A stretch of DNA of 64,000 nt, taken from the NCBI GenBank assembly GCA_012295275.1, contig CM022678.1, forward strand, positions 15,686,001 through 15,750,000, written 5' to 3'. The notes beneath the pieces were generated by a model. The model was not told the DNA's origin, did no database searches, and saw nothing but the letters and a program-made list of their open reading frames with translations. Below are positions 57,861 through 64,000 of the stretch, piece by piece. Within the stretch, counting starts at the first letter, position 1. Each line of letters starts with the position of its first letter. Origin of the DNA: Chrysomallon squamiferum (taxonomy: Eukaryota; Animalia; Mollusca). The translations under genes and the position numbers were made by a program.

Positions 57861-58966
57861 ATTTTTAACTTAAAGAGATTTGGGATAAAAAAAAAAAAAA
57901 AAAAAATAAAAATAAAAAAGCTGTAGAGCTAATAATATTTAAATTATAACTGTAGTTACAGCAGTTTAGTTTCCTATTTCGTCTGCTCATTGGCTAATTT
58001 TAAATCTGTTTAAGCGAGTTGTTGGGATCTGCTGTCTTTTTGCAGAGGCTAAAAATTAACAGCAGAAAGGTGGTATTTTATATGTACCTACTCATGGACG
58101 CGAAATTAGATACCACAGTTTTGCTAAACGGTTATAGGATACTGGTTTTAAAAACACCCCCCACACACACACACAAACACAAAAAAAAAAAAAAAAGAAA
58201 AAACGAGAAACCACGCACAGACACACACACACACACTGGAATTATCATAAATGTAAGACTGATCTTGACAAGACAGTAGAGGATAGAAAATAAATAACGT
58301 GTATAATTACTGTATCTATTATAAATGCAAGACATGTGATAGCCTTTTCTTAGCTAGAATTAAGGCATGATGAAAAAAAAAAAAAAAAAAAAAAATTAAG
58401 ATACTGCTATAAATGTCAAGCAGAACAGGATGAAGATAAACCATCTATTTCATAAATCAAACATGAATGTTGTGTACAAATGAAATATCTGAACTTAGGC
58501 CTGGATTTGGCCGGGACAAACCGAGAATGTTTACAGTATATCTTTTGATGTTCCCCGACAGTGAAATACGCCAAGTGTTAATGACTGATTCCTAGCACGT
58601 TACAAAGTAAGTTTGTGTTCAATTTGTATTCAACTCACTGCAACATTGTCCGCTGACATCATCAGTTTGTTTCAACGTCGTGTGCCATTTCGCCTTGCTA
58701 ATACAATTAGAGTGCTGGGCCCTGGAAGAACTCTCCAACACAGAATTCAGCATGTTCCAGATCAGAGATCAATAACCAATCAGAATGTTTTTATTCTCTG
58801 TCATCTACGTCTGGTATCACCAGAATAGCTAATATTTTCGTACACATTTACTGTCGTCCTTATTGTTAAGTAGGTTCAGTTTCATCGGGTTGAATATTGC
58901 GGGGAGGGGGTGCATATAATAAGGTGTTTATAATTTATATGACATATATTTTTTTAATGTCTTATA

Positions 58967-59002
<36 letters not shown>

Positions 59003-59044
59003 TTATCTTTTTATTTATTTATTTATTTATTTTTATTTTGTTTG

Positions 59045-59080
<36 letters not shown>

Positions 59081-59914
59081 TATGCGTGTCTTGTTGCAAA
59101 TCTGTGCTGGTTGTGAATCTGGTGGTGATGGTGGATGTATCTGGTAATAGTGGTGTTTGTGAATCTGGTGGTGGTCATGTTTCTGATTATGGGTAACTAT
59201 ATTTACTTTTATCACTGTGATAGTGATAGTGATTGTAGTGTGGATGGCTGTGTTGTAGCTGCTGATGGTGATGTTCTAGTGATGATAACAAACACTGAAA
59301 TAATACTCATTTTTGTCATCACTGGTAATAACCATAATAATGTAATATCGATGAGAACGCATGTGTTTGTGTGTAAACGAAATTATACTTAGCAAACAAG
59401 TTAGTAATCGGTTAACTTTTAGAACATTTTATTTATGTGCATTTATTTATTTTCGTTTATTTTGCAGCAATTAATATGGTATTTTCTGTGCGCAGTATAA
59501 TTATTTAGTTTTGACTTTAAACTATATTTTATATTTGTTTCCTTCGGTTTATTATTATTATTTTTTTTTTTTTTTAAATAAATGTTAAAATTAAGAATTG
59601 CATTAATTTTGATATATATTGAATTGATTATAATTTACTGGCAAAAATAAGTCCGAAATCAAATGAATATGCATTTTAGTAACACTCCAAACGCTAAAAG
59701 ACACGTCACCACCACGTCTCAACCGGGTGTAGGTGGGGGGGAGTCGATATTGATAAGAAACGATGTCGAAATATTTCTTAAAAGCCAATTCCTGCAGTGT
59801 AACAATGCAGTAGCCCTACGGCTCTATCGCCTTTCCGTCTTAGAGCGCATTAACCATTATTACAATCTTTAAGTACGCGTCAGCCGAAAGCGAGTAATTG
59901 TTGAGAAGAGGTTT

Positions 59915-59949
59915 TTCTCAGAAGAATTTCCCTCAGGGAATCCCGAGAA
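59915..59949. promoter_or_regulatory. Compact STAT/kappaB-like motif cluster
   Basis: TTCTCAGAA (GAS consensus TTCNNNGAA), GAATTTCCC and GGGAATCCC within 35 bp; function unverified. Confidence 0.25.
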
Positions 59950-60395
59950 AGCGAGACAGCCATAGTAAAATACATAAATCAATACCAGACGAAATCGAAA
60001 CAAAAGACAGTAGAATTAAAACACCATAGGTGGCGCTGCAGAGCTAAGGAAAGTCACTCACAATTGGAAAAAAAGAGCGGGAAAAAAGAAGAAGGACAAA
60101 AAAAAAAAAAACATCTCGAAATATCTTGACTTTGTCGTGACCCAGAATTTTTAAATTAATGTAACTGATGAATCACTGAGATGGAACTAAAAAAAAAAAA
60201 AAAAAAAATCAATAATTGAACTAGAAACAGAGTAATCTTTTTCCGATTTTTTTTTCCATCACAATTTATTTCCGTAATCAAATTTATTCGAGTACTGAAG
60301 GGCTTTAATTAATTTCAGATTTCAAATAATCTAGAAATTTCTTTGTTTGTCAGTTTCTTTGTTTCAGTCATCTATTCTTTTTTCTTTTCCTTTTT

Positions 60396-60434
<39 letters not shown>

Positions 60435-60892
60435 CTTTCGTTTTGCTTTTATTTTTCTCCTTCTCCCTCTTATTAGACAAATCTGAATATTTTTATATAT
60501 TTTCAGTTTCTTGTTAAAACGATTTTTAAAATGGTTCCCTTTGTTTTGTTTTTATTGCAAAACTGTTTAAAGATTTATTTATTTATTTAGTAGTAGTAGT
60601 AGTAGTAATAACAGAATAAGCAGTAGCAGTAACATTTGTTATTTCACAAAAATTCACAATTTTATTCTAGTCATTTATATTTTTAAAAATTAAAAATAAA
60701 AGCATTTTACAAGCTCTAATTTTGGCAGCTGTTTTAGTTATTAAATTGTGTAAATTTCTTTTATCCAAACTGAGTTAAAGATAGTGTTATTCAGACACAA
60801 TATTTTATTATTTTTTTTTTTTTATTTTATTATTATTATTAGCGTTCTTTTTTCTTTCTTTTCTTTTTTTTTCTTTCTTTCTTCTTCTTCTT

Positions 60893-60923
<31 letters not shown>

Positions 60924-61263
60924 TTATTATTATTATTATTAATTTTTGTTTTCCATTCTGCGTCAATAGGTTTGTTGTAGTTGCGAATTTCATTTTACCA
61001 AATTTCCCCACTTCCATTGCCCTTCTGCACATTACCAGATCAAAAGCTGCTGTAACATCAGTAAGCGGTTTAGCGGTTTTTAACAAGAGATTTTTAATAA
61101 CAGGAGATAAGAAGCTTTAATAATCTGTAAATCGATGAGTGTATTTACAGGTCTTCTTCGAGTAGGAAGCGAAGCGCATAAAGCAATTAAATGTAGAAAC
61201 ACTGACACGCGTGACGTAAAACCAGCGTGACGTAGAGCCGTCTTCTGCTTGTTTGATGAGCGC

Positions 61264-61273
61264 GGGAAACTCC
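61264..61273 (+). promoter_or_regulatory. Consensus NF-kB site GGGAAACTCC next to two CRE/ATF half-sites (GTGACGTA at ~61211 and ~61227)
   Basis: Matches GGGRNWYYCC; function unverified. Confidence 0.25.
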
Positions 61274-62659
61274 TGGAAAGCAAAGCCGGTTTAAGTGAGC
61301 GGTTATGTCAATAGGTGATTTATTTCTTCAGGGCTTGATCACATTTCATAAACCTGAAAAAGAACAGACAGATTTAATTTATTTTAATTGTGTGGTTCCA
61401 CACATATAGCTTTATTATTCACAAATGAAAACAGATTCTTTTTTTTTTTTTTTTTTTTTTTCTATCGTTATTATTGTTGTTGTTGCGATAAATAAACGGA
61501 ATAGGAAAAATTAAATTATTGCCGTTTTCGTTTTTTTTTTTTTGTGTTTTTTTAAATTTACTTTATATAATAATAATAATAATAATGATAATAATAATAA
61601 TAATATATTCATTTATAATCATGTGCTAACAGAGAGAAAGAAAATCTTGAGCAGAATTAGATAACAAATCAAAGAAATAAAAACAAAATCAATCGAAGAA
61701 AGAGCTTTTAGAATATTTAGCGCTCGATTTAAATTAAGCTTTATAGACGAAATCAGCTTTTTCAAATTTCTCAGATGTTAGTTCATTTAACTGTATTTTG
61801 TTGTCTTTGCCAACAGACGGCGTTGTTCGCAGCAAACTGACATCACATGACCAATTTAATGCCCAGTTTAGCGCCGAAATAAAACGGTATTTCACGAAAC
61901 AATTTCCCCATCTTTGCCTCAATGATCCATCGTTCGATGACGTTTGGACATTAGCCGCGATATTTCATCACTGATTTTTGAAATCAAAGGGACTGAATTC
62001 AGTTTGTGACGTGATTCGTTCAAGCTCATCTGTTCATTTGTTTCTGCTCGCAATATTTGTCGATTTCGTGCGCAGAAATTGTTTATTAAGAAAACAAATC
62101 AGAGGCCATGTTTATTTTTGCTTCCAAGCACTTTGTTAGCTGTGACAAACTCCCTTGAAAATCATTTATAGACATTTACGCATGAAATGAACCATAGGAA
62201 AAAAAAAAAAATGTTGAATTTTCGTTATTTCTGTTATTTTTTATTTTTATTTTTGATTGTTCTATAACACTGCAGATAAAAACAGTAAACGTAGAACTGA
62301 ATACTGTGAGTTTCTGCATGTTTGGGAGTCCGTGTGCGTGTTGTCTGTTTCAGTGAGTTGTGTGTGTATGTGAGTATGGTGTTAATTGGTGTGTCTGGTA
62401 TTTTATCAGATACAAAAAATTAAGAATTAAAAGTTAACAATTTTGTTAAACCGCATATAACATACAAATCAAACAAAGTTAAAAAAAAAAAATTAATAAT
62501 AATAAAAAAATGAACAGTATTTTAAAATCACGCCTGCATTGTATTAATAAAACACACCCAAAGATGTTCATGTTGGAAATCACGTTTTCGAACTCACTTT
62601 TATTATTTTTCGTTTGATGAAGATGGCCACACCTATGACCCTTAATGTCCGTGGACACC

Positions 62660-62819
62660 TGACGTCACAGCACGTGTTGTATTAATCACTAAAGATTAGA
62701 TAACTGCTACATGGTTTTTGTTATATATTTTGTGTTTGGCATTTTCTCTAAGACGTGTATGTTTCCTGGTGGCTGTTGTTTAATAAACACTTCTAACATT
62801 TGGTGAATGTCTGACGTCA
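62660..62819. promoter_or_regulatory. Two palindromic CRE sites TGACGTCA (62660-62667, 62812-62819)
   Basis: Exact 8-mers read from sequence. Confidence 0.3.
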
Positions 62820-63017
62820 GCTACAGATTATTTTGCTCTTGGGACTGTGTTAATTATCACATTGTCTGTTAAATACCAGCGTTTGCTTCAGGTACAGTTA
62901 TCTTTGTGGAGTCACAATTAATGTAAAACGAATTAATATATTCTATTAATATCGTGAATGTGATCCAAATAAGAAATCGCACGTACAAACATGTGCACCT
63001 ATATGCACGCGGGCGCG

Positions 63018-63059
<42 letters not shown>

Positions 63060-63097
63060 CACATACATATATATATATAAATAATATTTTCCTTTAA

Positions 63098-63168
<71 letters not shown>

Positions 63169-64000
63169 CCCATACACAGCCACATACACACAACATAAAC
63201 ACACACTAACATTTTTTTTTTTTTTTTTTAAATGACTATTTCGTCATTCGCTCCCAACCTACAAACTTCAAAATACAGGTAAGAAGTGTCATTAAAGATA
63301 CAGTATATTTCTTCCTAAATAACCTTTGACCCCCGAAATGTCACCAGCCGGAAATTCGAGAAGTGTTAGTCAGAACTGTAAAATAATCAAACCAAATTAA
63401 TTACTCAGTGAAATGGATGAGAACTGAAATTCAATATGGACGCCTGAGTTAGGCTTAGTGTGGAGGTATTTAGTGTCCCTGTCAGCTGTTCTCTTTCATA
63501 CATGAACAGACTGCAACCAGCCCGGTCAATGACCTTTACAGATCTCGAGACTACTTGTAGTTATTAAAGTTATTATTATTATTACAATTTATTTATTTAT
63601 GTATTTATTATTATTATTATCATCATCATCATCATCATCATCATCATTATTATTTATTTATTTATTTATTATTATTATTTTATTATTGTTATTTATTATA
63701 ATTTTATTATATATTATTATTATTTATTTAATTGTTATTTATTATTATTATTATTATGATTATTATTATTATATATTATTATTTATTTTATTACTGTTTA
63801 TTATTATTATTATAATTTAGTATTATTATTTATTATATTATATATTATTATTTATTTTTATTACTGTTTATTATTATTATTATTATTTAAAATTACACAT
63901 AAATGGGTGCAGTTAAAACGTGGCTGAGACGGACTACAAAATTAGACTTTGACCTCGCTGACATATTCACCTTTATGGAGTTTCTTAAATACCAGCGTTT

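Overview
AT-rich, microsatellite-laden animal genomic DNA, probably mollusc (inferred from a decayed SINE and the gene content). The minus strand carries a tandem pair of L1CAM/neuroglian-like Ig-superfamily genes, reconstructed by hand from GT-AG exons with consistent phases. Gene B is complete: 13 coding exons, 30365->16582, 691 aa, comprising signal peptide, five Ig domains, TM and an L1-type tail with FNEDGSFIGQY and C-terminal SEV, but no FnIII repeats. Gene A (7138->425) has 9 exons here and runs off the left edge; its exon layout matches B, but Ig1-Ig2 are diverged and strongly cationic while Ig4 is nearly identical. Between them lie an inverted pseudogenic copy of A exons 1-3 and a decayed Academ-like transposon. 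A candidate non-coding first exon and CpG-rich promoter lie near 57.2-57.9 kb. The window also contains a pogo-like element with TIRs, MITE and SINE remnants and several intronic minisatellites.
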